Source: an uncultured Acidimicrobiia bacterium
Lineage (GTDB): Bacteria; Pseudomonadota; Alphaproteobacteria; Kiloniellales; J153
Length of the DNA: 62,541 nt
Assembly (NCBI GenBank): GCA_964194965.1
Contig: CAXMQD010000251.1
Coordinates: 1-62,541, forward strand
Direction of reading: 5' to 3'
The notes below the pieces were generated by a model. It saw only the letters and a program-made list of their open reading frames with translations. It was not told the origin of the DNA and did not search any database. Positions 47,174 through 56,454 of the stretch are shown here, one piece after another (position 1 is the stretch's first letter; every line of letters starts with the position of its first letter). The translations under genes and the position numbers were made by a program.

Positions 47174-47968
47174 TCAGATTAATTCGACGGCCAGTCGGCC
47201 CATCGCCTCGAAATCGACGACCGCCCGGTCGCCCTTTCCAATCGGCTGCGGCGCGGTCAGCGAGCCGGTGAGCAGGTAGGTACCGGCGCGGAAGAATAGG
47301 CCGCGCGCGGCCAGATCATTGACCGTATCAACCAGCGTTGCAACCGGGTCGGCCCGGTTCTCCCCGGTAAACACGGGGCTGAAGCGGCGTCCGTTAAGGT
47401 CCATCTCGACGCCGAGGGTCAGCAGGTCGAGGTCGCGCCAATGGGCGATTTCGGCGCCTATTGCAATGGCGCCGCCATTGCCATTGTCGGCGATACCAAG
47501 ACGCATCGCCGCAAGCTGGTCGAGGGCGGCCGTGAACTTGGGCGCGATCCGTGTGCTCGTGATGTCGAAGGCGACGTGAAACGCGACGCGGTCGGCCATG
47601 TCGTCGCGTGTGTAGGGTGCTTGTGCGAGGGGCATGTCATCGAGGAATCGAAACGCGTATTCGCATTCGAGTTTTGCTTCCGGAAGCTCGGCCGCCGGAA
47701 AACGCGCATCGCCGAAGCGCAGCGTCGCATGAAGTATCATGCCTGGGATGGGGCCGTCGAACCCTTCGGCGCGCTGTACCGCCTCGACGACCGCCCCGAC
47801 CTTCCATCCGTCAATCCGTTCGCCGGTTTTGCGGACCATTTCTTCCTGGATCGCGTAGGCCTGGGCGCGGTCGCCGGGAAGCGTCGCGGCGTCGATTGCG
47901 CCGATCAATGTCCGGGTCCGCCATGCCGAGGCCAGAAGTGTCGCGATTGGGTCGGTTTCCACGCTCAT
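47174..47968 (-). CDS. 2-keto-4-pentenoate hydratase-like enzyme (second copy of this family in the window)
   Basis: Track ORF is 47174..48034. I prefer the ATG at 47968, giving 'MSVETDPIATLL'. Contains 'AQAYAIQEEMVRKTGERIDGWKVG' and 'KLECEYAFRF'. Confidence 0.75.
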   Translation of the reverse strand: MSVETDPIATLLASAWRTRTLIGAIDAATLPGDRAQAYAIQEEMVRKTGERIDGWKVGAVVEAVQRAEGFDGPIPGMILHATLRFGDARFPAAELPEAKLECEYAFRFLDDMPLAQAPYTRDDMADRVAFHVAFDITSTRIAPKFTAALDQLAAMRLGIADNGNGGAIAIGAEIAHWRDLDLLTLGVEMDLNGRRFSPVFTGENRADPVATLVDTVNDLAARGLFFRAGTYLLTGSLTAPQPIGKGDRAVVDFEAMGRLAVELI

Positions 47969-48030
47969 GATGGTGGTTCCCCGTGCGTGCCCCGCCGTGA
48001 CGCCTGCGTGACGTGGCGCCCCTTGCTTCG

Positions 48031-48852
48031 TCACGCCATCATTGCCGCGCGAACGTCCTCATTGTCCATCTCACGGCCGAGATAGGCTTCGATGACCGCG
48101 TGATCGTCCTTGACTTCCTGAGGCGTGCCTTCGGCGATTTTCTGGCCATGGTCGAGAACGGTGATCCTTTCGCATATGTCCATTACCACCCTGAGGATGT
48201 GTTCGACGATGATGACGGTCAATTGGTAACGCTTCTGCAGCGCGGTTACGATTTCCAACAGATTGTCCACATTGAGCGGAGACAAACCCGCCGCCGGTTC
48301 GTCCAGCATCAGAAGTTTCGGCCGCATCGCCATCGCCCGGCCCAACGCCAAAAGCCGTCTCTGGCCGCCCGAAAGTTCCGAGGCCGGAATTTCCGCGAAA
48401 TCGGCAAGTCCGATGAAAGCGAGGATCTCCATCATCTCGTCCTTGATCCGCTTTTCCTCGGTGGCCACCTTGTGAGTGGCGAATATCGCCTGCAGGGGAG
48501 AATAATCGACCAGCGTGTGCTGACCGACCCGAAGGTTGTCGAGCACGGTCATTTCATTGAAGTTCCGCAACAACTGAAAGGTTCGCGCCACGCCAAGCTC
48601 GGCAATCCGATGGGGCGCCAGCGCGGTGACGTCTTGACCGGAGAAAATTATCGACCCGGAATCCGGCGGGTAGATGCTGGAAACCAGATTGAAAAACGTG
48701 CTTTTGCCGGATCCGTTGGGGCCGATCAGACCGCGCATCTCGCCCTGACGTAACTGGAAATTCAGGTCGGAAATTGCCTGCAGTCCGCCAAAATTCTTGC
48801 ACAGCCCCTTCGTTTCCAGAAGCATGGCCGGTGTTTCCGTGGGATCGGCCAT
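48031..48852 (-). CDS. Branched-chain-amino-acid-type (HAAT) ABC transporter ATP-binding protein, LivG-like
   Basis: 273 aa. Contains 'GLIGPNGSGKSTFFN', 'LSGGQRRLLALGRA' and 'LMLDEPAAG'. Abuts the LivM-like stop. Confidence 0.9.
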   Translation of the reverse strand: MADPTETPAMLLETKGLCKNFGGLQAISDLNFQLRQGEMRGLIGPNGSGKSTFFNLVSSIYPPDSGSIIFSGQDVTALAPHRIAELGVARTFQLLRNFNEMTVLDNLRVGQHTLVDYSPLQAIFATHKVATEEKRIKDEMMEILAFIGLADFAEIPASELSGGQRRLLALGRAMAMRPKLLMLDEPAAGLSPLNVDNLLEIVTALQKRYQLTVIIVEHILRVVMDICERITVLDHGQKIAEGTPQEVKDDHAVIEAYLGREMDNEDVRAAMMA

Positions 48853-49884
48853 TCAGTCGCCCGCCTTGACCGAGATGTCGCGGCTTTTTTCCCGCGCGCT
48901 AACAAAACGCTTGCTGACCAAAAAACGATCGATGATGCCCCCGATTCCCTTGGGCATGAACATGACCGTTCCGACTATGACAGAACCAAACATAAGATAT
49001 TGGTAATAGTACCATTCCCGCGTTAGATCGAAAATTATCGTGACCACGGTCGCCCCGATGATGCCGCCCCAGATATTTCCCAGTCCGCCCAGGACCACCA
49101 TCAGCAAAAGGGTGACCATCTCGATCACCGTGAAATTGTTGGGATGGATGTATCCCGGCGACATATGGGCGAACAGCGAGCCGGCGCAGCCCGCGTAGGC
49201 GGCGCCAAGCACAAACGCGATCAGTTTGTAACGCTTCACGTTCACGCCCGCCGCGGCGGCGGCGATGGTATCTTCACGAATGGCGGTAAAAGCGCGGCCG
49301 GTCGAGGATTTCAATATCGCGAAGGACATGTAGATCGCCAGCAGCGCGATCGGCATAACGATATAAAAATACTCGAAATACAAGTTGAACTTGAATCCAA
49401 AAATTTCCGGGGCAGGGATGCCGCCAAACCCGGATGTCGAGCCGAGGTAATCGGTCACGGCCGCGTAGATCCGAACCGACTCGGCAAATCCGAGCGTCGC
49501 CAACGCAAGGTAGGCGCCTTCAAGACGAAACGACGGCACACCGATGATAACGCCGGCCAGCATCGTAATAAGTATCGACGCTGGCAGGGCGAGAAGAAAC
49601 GGGAACCCGAAATTCACCGCGAGCACGGCCGACGAATAGGCGCCCACCGCATAGAGCCCGATATGGCCGATCGTAACCTGCCCGGCGAACCCCTTCACTA
49701 TATTCAGGCCGGTGACCAGAATGATCATGATCCCGATCAGGTTCATCAGGAAAATATGATACTGATTTTGGGCGAGGAACGGAAACGTGCTCAGCAACCC
49801 GAACGACACCGCCCAAGGCAGCGCCGGATGGATCGCCCTCATCCAGGCGATGAGGGCTTGAAGCGATGCAAAGACCTTGCTCAA
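48853..49884 (-). CDS. HAAT ABC transporter permease, LivM-like
   Basis: 343 aa, polytopic. 'LVTGLNIVKGFAGQVTIGHIGLYAVGAY' is typical of LivM. Confidence 0.9.
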   Translation of the reverse strand: MSKVFASLQALIAWMRAIHPALPWAVSFGLLSTFPFLAQNQYHIFLMNLIGIMIILVTGLNIVKGFAGQVTIGHIGLYAVGAYSSAVLAVNFGFPFLLALPASILITMLAGVIIGVPSFRLEGAYLALATLGFAESVRIYAAVTDYLGSTSGFGGIPAPEIFGFKFNLYFEYFYIVMPIALLAIYMSFAILKSSTGRAFTAIREDTIAAAAAGVNVKRYKLIAFVLGAAYAGCAGSLFAHMSPGYIHPNNFTVIEMVTLLLMVVLGGLGNIWGGIIGATVVTIIFDLTREWYYYQYLMFGSVIVGTVMFMPKGIGGIIDRFLVSKRFVSAREKSRDISVKAGD

Positions 49885-50041
49885 TTCGCGCTCCCGCCTG
49901 GCCTAGGCCCTATCTTCTTTTGTCTATTCATCAATGCCAGTAGTGATGGCGATGGATTATTGCGTTCGGCACCCGGGCAACCGAGGGCGGCGTCCATAGT
50001 CCGCCCTCGGCATGCTCGTTCCCGCAATGCGCGTTCGATGG

Positions 50042-51262
50042 TTACAGACCGAAATCGGCCGGCATGGTGACGCGATCCAGCACCTTGACTTCAAAGTCCT
50101 TGCCGCCCTTCACATAGGAGATGAGGACCGGGGTCCGGTTCCCGTCGCGGCATTGCGGTGTCGATGCCGCGCAGAAACTGATCGGGCCGGAAGCAAGGCC
50201 TTCATAGTTCTGGATACCGGCAATCGCATCGCGAATGGCGGTGCGATCCGCGGCCAGGCTGTCGTCGGTCAATTTTAGGTCCGCATTGCCCAGTGCCTGT
50301 TTGACGATCTGCAGCAAGTCCCAAGCTTGGCTGAAGTCGTGGTCCACGCTCTGGATACCATAGCGGTCTCGGACCATCTTGTTGAAATCCTGCGCGATTT
50401 GACGTGTGTCCGAGTCCGAATAGGCGGCGGAATAAAACACGCCCTTGATGGCTTCCCCGGCGAGAATAGGAGCTTGCGCGACCGAAACTGCCGACGACCC
50501 CGCCCGGCTGACGCTAGCCGGAATGCCAACCTCGTAAGACTGAACTAGGAACCGCGCGATCGCCTCGGCTTGACCGGCGATATAAATGGCGTCCGGATTC
50601 AGTTCTTTGATCGCCAACAGGTTGGAACGAAAATCGATTTCCTTTTCCTGACCTTGAGCGACGTAAACCGGCTCGACCTTATACAAGTCGCGCATCAAGT
50701 CGATGAGGCCGAGCGTCTCCGATCGCGCCGCTTCGTCGGCCACGTAGACATAGGCCACTTTGGTGCCAACATTGTCGCCGATATACTTGGCCAGCACGCC
50801 CTTGTAGAAGCGTGCGGAAATCGGCACGCGAAAAATCCACGCGGAGTCCTTTTGGGTGATCGTGGCGCTGGTCGAATGCGGAATGATCTGCGGTGTCTCG
50901 CCTTGCGCCGTCACGGCCACGATTGGAAGCGTAACCGACGAGCAAGACGATCCGATCAGCAGGTGCACTTGCTCTTGATATACCAGACGGTTGGCGTTTG
51001 CGACACCCTTGTCGGACTTGCACTCGTCATTGAGCAGCGTCAGTTTGATCGTGTTGCCGTTGATGCCGCCGGCGGCGTTGACCGCCGCAAATTCGTCCTC
51101 GATCATCTGGCCTTGTTTTTCGCCGTTGTCGGAGATCATGCGCAGCGTTACGCCAATTCTGATTTCGCCGGACATCGCCGTGGTGCTGGCCAACAGCCCT
51201 GCCGCTAACACCGAGGCGGCGGCTGCGGCGGTGAACACTCTTGTCATGATTTTCACTCCCAT
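50042..51262 (-). CDS. Periplasmic binding protein, LivJ/K-like (type I PBP)
   Basis: 406 aa (alternative start at 51247). Signal peptide 'MTRVFTAAAAASVLAAGLLASTTAMSG'. 'IRIGVT...AVNAAGGINGNTIKL' is typical of the family. Confidence 0.85.
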   Translation of the reverse strand: MGVKIMTRVFTAAAAASVLAAGLLASTTAMSGEIRIGVTLRMISDNGEKQGQMIEDEFAAVNAAGGINGNTIKLTLLNDECKSDKGVANANRLVYQEQVHLLIGSSCSSVTLPIVAVTAQGETPQIIPHSTSATITQKDSAWIFRVPISARFYKGVLAKYIGDNVGTKVAYVYVADEAARSETLGLIDLMRDLYKVEPVYVAQGQEKEIDFRSNLLAIKELNPDAIYIAGQAEAIARFLVQSYEVGIPASVSRAGSSAVSVAQAPILAGEAIKGVFYSAAYSDSDTRQIAQDFNKMVRDRYGIQSVDHDFSQAWDLLQIVKQALGNADLKLTDDSLAADRTAIRDAIAGIQNYEGLASGPISFCAASTPQCRDGNRTPVLISYVKGGKDFEVKVLDRVTMPADFGL

Positions 51263-51309
51263 GGTTTTGTGACCGGTTCGTCACAGGTTCAAGATTAGAG
51301 GTCGCCAAT

Positions 51310-52194
51310 TCACGCCTTTACCTTCACGATAACCCCCATCAAACCGGAGGGCTTGATCATCAATACGACGATCAGAAGGATAAAAGCGTAGATATCCTTG
51401 TGGCTTCCCGAAATATACGCGGCACCAAACGTTTCGGCGACACCGAGAAGCAGGCCGCCGAGGATGGCTCCGGGCAAACTGCCGAATCCACCGATAACGG
51501 CGGCGGAAAATGCCTTGATGAGCATCAGGTAGCCCATTTCGACGCTGACAAAATTGATCGGTCCGATGAGCACGCCACCGGCCGCGCCAAGTGCGCAGGC
51601 GACGCCGAAGATCACCGAAATCATCAGCGGCACATTGATGCCCATGAGCGACGCGATCTCCTTGTTTGCCGCCACCGCGCGCACCGCCAATCCAAGTTTC
51701 GTGCGTTGCAGAAAGAGGTTCAGGATCGCCATCAGCGTAATCGCGACGACGGCGATCCAAAGATAGCTTCTGGGCAGCGTGATACCGCCCAACTCCACCG
51801 CCGGCCCATAGATCGGATCGTAACCGAAACTGGTCGCGCCCCAAGTCAGAAACGCGAGGTTCTGCAGTATGATAGCCATGCCAAAGCCGACGATGATCAT
51901 GCCCATGCCGGCAACCGTGTAACCCCCGCCCGAGCGCGTCAGCCGCCGGTAAAAAACCCGTTCGATGAAGATCCCGATTGCCGCGGTGGCGATCATTGTC
52001 GCGATCAAGGCTATGGGGTAGGGAAGCCCAATGGTGTTGAAAAATACCAGGCCAATGAAGGCCCCCAGCATGAATATCTCGCCGTGAGCGAAATGAACGA
52101 TGTCGAGCCCGGAATAAATAAGAGAAATGCCGAGCGCCACGATGCCGTAAACGACGCCTATGGAGAGACCGACAATGAGGAAATCGAAAAACAT
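51310..52194 (-). CDS. HAAT ABC transporter permease, LivH-like
   Basis: 294 aa. 'GLSIGVVYGIVALGISLIYSGLDIVHFAHGEIFMLGAF' is the LivH signature region. The same-strand ORF 51281..52207 in another frame is rejected. Confidence 0.9.
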   Translation of the reverse strand: MFFDFLIVGLSIGVVYGIVALGISLIYSGLDIVHFAHGEIFMLGAFIGLVFFNTIGLPYPIALIATMIATAAIGIFIERVFYRRLTRSGGGYTVAGMGMIIVGFGMAIILQNLAFLTWGATSFGYDPIYGPAVELGGITLPRSYLWIAVVAITLMAILNLFLQRTKLGLAVRAVAANKEIASLMGINVPLMISVIFGVACALGAAGGVLIGPINFVSVEMGYLMLIKAFSAAVIGGFGSLPGAILGGLLLGVAETFGAAYISGSHKDIYAFILLIVVLMIKPSGLMGVIVKVKA

Positions 52195-52215
52195 CGAACC
52201 GGCCCAACTATCTTT

Positions 52216-52956
52216 TCAACTCAGCGCCGCGACATTCGTGTCCGCGACGGTACCGCCCAGATAGGATTGCCGAACATTATCGTCGTCGATCAGATCGCTT
52301 GCCTTGCCCTCGATATGAATGACTCCGTCCCGAATGACATATCCGTAGTCGGACAAAAGCAATGCCATCCTGACATTTTGCTCGACCAACAGTATTGTCA
52401 TGTTCATCTCTTTGCGGATCATATTTACGACGCGAAAAATTTCCAGAACGACTTTTGGAGCCAATGCGGAACTCGGCTCGTCAAGCATGATCATCTTCGG
52501 CCGTGCCATCAGACCCCGGCCGATGACCAGCATCTGAACCTCGCCCCCCGACAGCGTCCCGGCCATCTGGTTTTGCCGCTGCTCGAGCCGGGGGAACAGC
52601 GCATAGACCCGTTCCAGGTCCTGCCGAACGCCCGCCTTGTCGGACCGGCTGAACGCCCCGACCTTCAAATTATCCAAAACCGTCATGCCGGGATAGGAGT
52701 CCTTGCCTTGCGTGACCTGGACCAATCCTCTTCGGACGACTTCATGGGGTTTCAAATCTTGGATCGGCTCGCCGTCAAACAGGATTTCCCCGGCCCACAC
52801 CGGAATGAGCCCGGACGTTGCCTTGAGGAGAGTCGATTTCCCGGTCCCATTGCCTCCCAAAAGCGCGACAATCGATCCGTTCGGCACCGACATGTTGATG
52901 CCGCGCAGGACCTTTAGCTTTCCGTAACCCGACTCGACACCCTTAAGCTCGAGCAA
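52216..52956 (-). CDS. HAAT ABC transporter ATP-binding protein, LivF-like
   Basis: Track ORF is 52216..52992. The in-frame TTG at 52956 has GGGAGG 6 nt upstream and gives the typical 'MLELKGVESGYG' N-terminus. Contains 'GGNGTGKSTLL', 'LSGGEVQMLVIGR' and 'IMLDEPS'. Confidence 0.85.
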   Translation of the reverse strand: MLELKGVESGYGKLKVLRGINMSVPNGSIVALLGGNGTGKSTLLKATSGLIPVWAGEILFDGEPIQDLKPHEVVRRGLVQVTQGKDSYPGMTVLDNLKVGAFSRSDKAGVRQDLERVYALFPRLEQRQNQMAGTLSGGEVQMLVIGRGLMARPKMIMLDEPSSALAPKVVLEIFRVVNMIRKEMNMTILLVEQNVRMALLLSDYGYVIRDGVIHIEGKASDLIDDDNVRQSYLGGTVADTNVAALS

Positions 52957-53031
52957 AAGACGCCTCCCGAGTGCCGGTTGCCGGCACCGCATTTTCCCGG
53001 ATGTGAATTTTCGGCGCTGAGATTGGAGCGA

Positions 53032-53055
53032 GTCAATGCGAGCGTCAATGCGAGC
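53032..53055. repeat. Perfect 12-bp tandem duplication GTCAATGCGAGC x2 in the promoter-proximal region of the Liv-type operon
   Basis: Read directly as gtcaatgcgagc gtcaatgcgagc, preceded by a partial gcga. It lies about 75-100 nt upstream of the LivF-like start on the minus strand. Confidence 0.6.
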
Positions 53056-53207
53056 GGGGCAAATACCGGCGACAAAGGGCGTTTCCGCACCTACAAGCGC
53101 ATTTGAGGCATCAAATCTCGCTAATGAGGCGCCGGTTACCGGTCGGTCGACCTCGATATTCGCATCAATCTCGGTCCGGATATTCTAGTCGGGGCGCATT
53201 GGCTGCC

Positions 53208-54044
53208 TTAGAATGCGCGGCCATATCGATCCAGAATCGTCTGCACGACGATGTCGGGATCGCGCGTCCACCAGTCCCGCTGGGAAAATATCTCCACCTC
53301 GATCGGGCCGCGATATCCCGCTGTCTCGGCCCAGTGGCGGATAGACGGAAGATCGATCAGGCCATCGCCGGGCATGCCGCGATCGAGCCGGACATCGGTC
53401 GTATCGGCCAACCAGTCGCTAACGTGAAAGGCGATGATCCGCTTGCCGGCTCGAGCGATTTCCCGTTGCAGATCCGGTTCCCACCATACCGCGTAGGTAT
53501 CGAGCGCAATCCCCATCACGTCGTCGGCGTCGAGCTGGTCGAGCCAGGTGTTGGCTTCGCGCAATGTCGAGATCACCGACCGGTTGCCGCAGACCATCGG
53601 ATGCAGGGGCTCCAGCGCCAGCCGAACACCGGTGGCGCGCGCGGGAGAAACCAACATGGCCAGTCCCTCCAGCGCCCGGTCCCGGGCAAACCGCAAATCG
53701 GTCTCATCCTCACCCAAGCCACCGGTGATCGTGACCAACGATTTGGCCCCGATTTCGGCCGCCCAATCGAGCCAGCGGCGGTTGTCGCCGAGCGCGGCGT
53801 GAAACCCAGCCGGGCCGCGATGGGTCAGGAGACCGCCGGGGCACAGCGCGACCGCTTCAACGCCATGGTCGCGCAGAATCGACGCCGCGTCAGTAACTCC
53901 GATCGCGTCGAGTTTGTCGCGCCACACCGCGGTCTTGGTGATGCCGTTGCGGGCCAGACATTCCACCGATTGGCGAAAGTCGCACTGCGCCATCAGCGTG
54001 ACCTGGTGCACGCAAAGCCGCGTGGGATCGGCCGTGATGTTCAA
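53208..54044 (-). CDS. Sugar phosphate isomerase/epimerase (xylose-isomerase-like TIM barrel)
   Basis: Only the C-terminal ~279 aa of track ORF 53208..54665 is protein-like. The TTG at 54044 overlaps the upstream SDR stop. Contains 'RLCVHQVTLM...', 'LALEPLHP' and 'IIAFHVSDW'. Confidence 0.75.
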   Translation of the reverse strand: MNITADPTRLCVHQVTLMAQCDFRQSVECLARNGITKTAVWRDKLDAIGVTDAASILRDHGVEAVALCPGGLLTHRGPAGFHAALGDNRRWLDWAAEIGAKSLVTITGGLGEDETDLRFARDRALEGLAMLVSPARATGVRLALEPLHPMVCGNRSVISTLREANTWLDQLDADDVMGIALDTYAVWWEPDLQREIARAGKRIIAFHVSDWLADTTDVRLDRGMPGDGLIDLPSIRHWAETAGYRGPIEVEIFSQRDWWTRDPDIVVQTILDRYGRAF

Positions 54045-54775
54045 TAGGTCGCCCTGCCGCCGGTGACGTCGAAAACCTGACCGGTCGTGAACGAACACCG
54101 CGGGCTCGCCACCCAGGCGGCCATATCGGCGATTTCCCCGACCGAGCACAACCGCCCCATGGGGATGCGTGCTTTTCGATCCGCGATATATTCGGCGGAC
54201 ATTCCGTCGAGGAGATCGGTTTCGGTCATGGCCGGCGCGATGCAGTTGACGGTGATGTCCGACGGCAACAACTCGCGCGCCAATCCCTTCGCGAAACCGA
54301 TAACGCCGGCCTTGGCGGCGCCATAGGCGCAGGCGCCCGGGTTGCCTTCCTTGCCGGCGACCGATGAAACGATCACGATCCGCCCGGTTCCGCGTGCCCG
54401 CATGTGATCGATGACCTGCCGGGTGCAAATAAAGACGCCCGTGAGATCGACGTCGAGGACGCGGCGCCACTCGTCGAGCGAATATTCCCAGGCCGGCTTG
54501 GTCGGGCCGTTTATGCCGGCATTGGCGACTATCGTGGTCACCGAACCCAGTGCCGCCAGGCTCTGGGCAAATCCTTCCGCGACCGAATCCTCGTCGGTCA
54601 CATCGACCCGGACGAAATGAGCGAAGGCCGGATCGGCGTCGCCGGGACCGGGGTCGAGATCCCATCCCGAGACCTTGGCGCCGAGTTCGGCGAACCGGCG
54701 GGAAATTGCGAGCCCAATGCCTTTCGCCGCGCCGGTCACCACGATATTGTTGCCTTTCAGATCAAAGCTCATCAT
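54041..54775 (-). CDS. SDR-family oxidoreductase (FabG-like)
   Basis: 244 aa. Contains 'VVTGAAKGIGLAI', 'NAGI' and 'YGAAKAGVIGF' (YxxxK). Confidence 0.9.
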   Translation of the reverse strand: MMSFDLKGNNIVVTGAAKGIGLAISRRFAELGAKVSGWDLDPGPGDADPAFAHFVRVDVTDEDSVAEGFAQSLAALGSVTTIVANAGINGPTKPAWEYSLDEWRRVLDVDLTGVFICTRQVIDHMRARGTGRIVIVSSVAGKEGNPGACAYGAAKAGVIGFAKGLARELLPSDITVNCIAPAMTETDLLDGMSAEYIADRKARIPMGRLCSVGEIADMAAWVASPRCSFTTGQVFDVTGGRATY

Positions 54776-54847
54776 ACCAACCTCGTGTCATTTATGTCCG
54801 CGAGGGCCAGGTCGTGCCGGACCGGCGCGGGTGCATTTGGGGGCAAC

Positions 54848-55282
54848 ATGTCGGACTTCCACGTCGAGATCGGCCACAGTGTCTCGTTCACCAAGACGGT
54901 TTCGGAAAGCGACGTTTATGGTTTTGCCGGCATTACCGGAGATTTTTCCCCGAACCATGTCAACAAATCATATATGGAAAAAACGGGTTACGGAAAGCTG
55001 ATGGCGCACGGCGCGCTGATCGTCGGGTTTATGTCGACGGCCTCGACCATGGCGATTTCCCAAACCCGGCAATCGGACGAGGTGCCGGTTTCGCTCGGAT
55101 ACGACCGAATTCGGTTCCTGAAACCGGTATTTTTCGGTGACACGATTACCGTCAGCTACGAGATTACCGCCATAGATCCGGAGCGCCGGCGCGCGACCGG
55201 TGATATCAAGGTCACCAACCAGGACGACGAGCTGGTTTGTGTCGGCCAGCATATTCTCAAATGGGTGCCCAGCAGGCCTTAG
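54848..55282 (+). CDS. MaoC-like (R)-hydratase/dehydratase, hot-dog fold
   Basis: Only the part of track ORF 54404..55282 from the ATG at 54848 is plausible (144 aa). Contains 'FAGITGDFSPNHVN...MAHGALIVGFMS'. Confidence 0.8.
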   Translation: MSDFHVEIGHSVSFTKTVSESDVYGFAGITGDFSPNHVNKSYMEKTGYGKLMAHGALIVGFMSTASTMAISQTRQSDEVPVSLGYDRIRFLKPVFFGDTITVSYEITAIDPERRRATGDIKVTNQDDELVCVGQHILKWVPSRP

Positions 55283-55323
55283 GCGGCGCAGCGTGCCTAT
55301 CGGAAATTTCTGCGTGTCGCCGC

Positions 55324-56286
55324 CTAGTCCGGTTCGCATGGCGGGTTCTGGCGCAGGTAGCGGCTCTCGAGGCCTTTCACGATCGCGGCAAGTGTATCGA
55401 GCGTCGGGGTCGGGACGCCGGTTTCCCGGCCCTTGGAAATCACCGAGCCGTAAATGAAATCGACTTCGCTGGGCCGTTGGTTCAGGAGATCGACACAGAG
55501 CGACGATTTGTTGTCGCCGGTGCCGCCGGGCTCGGAAATAGTTTTCAATCCCTCGACCGCCTCATCGCGATCGAGATGAATGCCGTGGCTTTTCGCAACC
55601 GCCAACGCTTCATCGAGCGCGCGCCGCGACGTTGCCTTCAATTCCGGCACCGCGAGACATTCGGCCGAGGTCATATTGGTGGCCCCGGACAGCGCGCTCA
55701 GGGCGATATTGCCGATCAGCTTCTTCCAGATGTCATGGATGATGTGCTCGCTGGCATGGGTTTCGAGGCCCGCGGCGCTGAACGCCTCCGCAATGTTCTC
55801 CGCGCGCGCGCTGATACCGCCGCCCAACTCGCCGATGTACGAGGGGACACGCGAAAAGTCCCGAATGATTCCGGGCCCAAGCAAACAGCCCGCCATGGTT
55901 GTCAATCCGCCCAGCACGTTGTCCTTGCCGATTACCTCGGCGATCGCTTCCTCGTTGCCGAGTCCGTTTTGGAAGCTGATGGCCACGGCGCCCCCGCCGA
56001 TCAGGTGTTGGATCGCCCGGGCGGCGTCACGGCTGCCGTGCGCCTTGCACTGGAACAGCACCACATCGGTCGAGGTGACGGTGGACGCGTCGGCGGTCAC
56101 CGCGATTTTTTCGGTTCTATCGCCGGCAAAGCCGATGATTTTCAGGCCATGGCTGCGGATCGCATGGACATGCTCGGCATTGGTGTCGATCAACGTTACC
56201 GCCAATCCGCCATTCTGTAGAATAGAGCCGAACAGCGCACCCATGCCGCCGGCGCCGACGATCGCCACACTTGGTTTCCAGGCCAT
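55324..56286 (-). CDS. Ketopantoate reductase family (ApbA/PanE-like) 2-dehydropantoate 2-reductase-like oxidoreductase
   Basis: 320 aa. 'VAIVGAGGMGALFGSIL' is the Rossmann motif. Contains 'KSSLCVDLLNQRPSEVDFIYGSV'. Confidence 0.8.
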   Translation of the reverse strand: MAWKPSVAIVGAGGMGALFGSILQNGGLAVTLIDTNAEHVHAIRSHGLKIIGFAGDRTEKIAVTADASTVTSTDVVLFQCKAHGSRDAARAIQHLIGGGAVAISFQNGLGNEEAIAEVIGKDNVLGGLTTMAGCLLGPGIIRDFSRVPSYIGELGGGISARAENIAEAFSAAGLETHASEHIIHDIWKKLIGNIALSALSGATNMTSAECLAVPELKATSRRALDEALAVAKSHGIHLDRDEAVEGLKTISEPGGTGDNKSSLCVDLLNQRPSEVDFIYGSVISKGRETGVPTPTLDTLAAIVKGLESRYLRQNPPCEPD

Positions 56287-56367
56287 GGCCCCCGCGCTTA
56301 TTTAATACCAGTGATCCTTAGTAATGGCCGATCTGCCACCCGCCGGACAAGCCGACACCATCAACAA

Positions 56368-56398
56368 CTTGACTGTGATGCATGATAATTCGTAATTT
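56368..56398 (+). promoter_or_regulatory. Candidate sigma70-type promoter for the LacI-family gene (TTGACT -35, TAATTT/GTAATT -10) with a degenerate operator in the spacer
   Basis: TTGACT at 56368-56373. The spacer contains TGATGCATGA, one mismatch from the palindrome half-sites listed below. The -10-like hexamer lies 18-19 nt downstream. Inference only. Confidence 0.3.
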
Positions 56399-56426
56399 TG
56401 GGCGAATAAGCCATCATGCAGTCCGT

Positions 56427-56438
56427 TTGATGCATCAA
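56427..56438. promoter_or_regulatory. Perfect 12-bp palindrome TTGATGCATCAA (candidate LacI-family operator), copy 1
   Basis: Read directly. It lies 17 nt upstream of the LacI-family ORF start, and an identical copy sits at 59776-59787. Confidence 0.5.
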
Positions 56439-56454
56439 GTGTCGGATACGGAGT

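Noticed and set aside
2560-54665. Over-extended N-termini in the ORF track (2560, 6148, 8627, 13091, 20112, 26477, 27982, 29470, 29772, 33910, 45909, 48034, 54665, 54404 as starts)
   Set aside because: The upstream extensions overlap neighbouring genes or are compositionally non-protein-like. Internal ATG/GTG/TTG codons with SD-like sequences or ATGA/stop-start coupling give N-termini typical of each family. Residual uncertainty is noted per feature.
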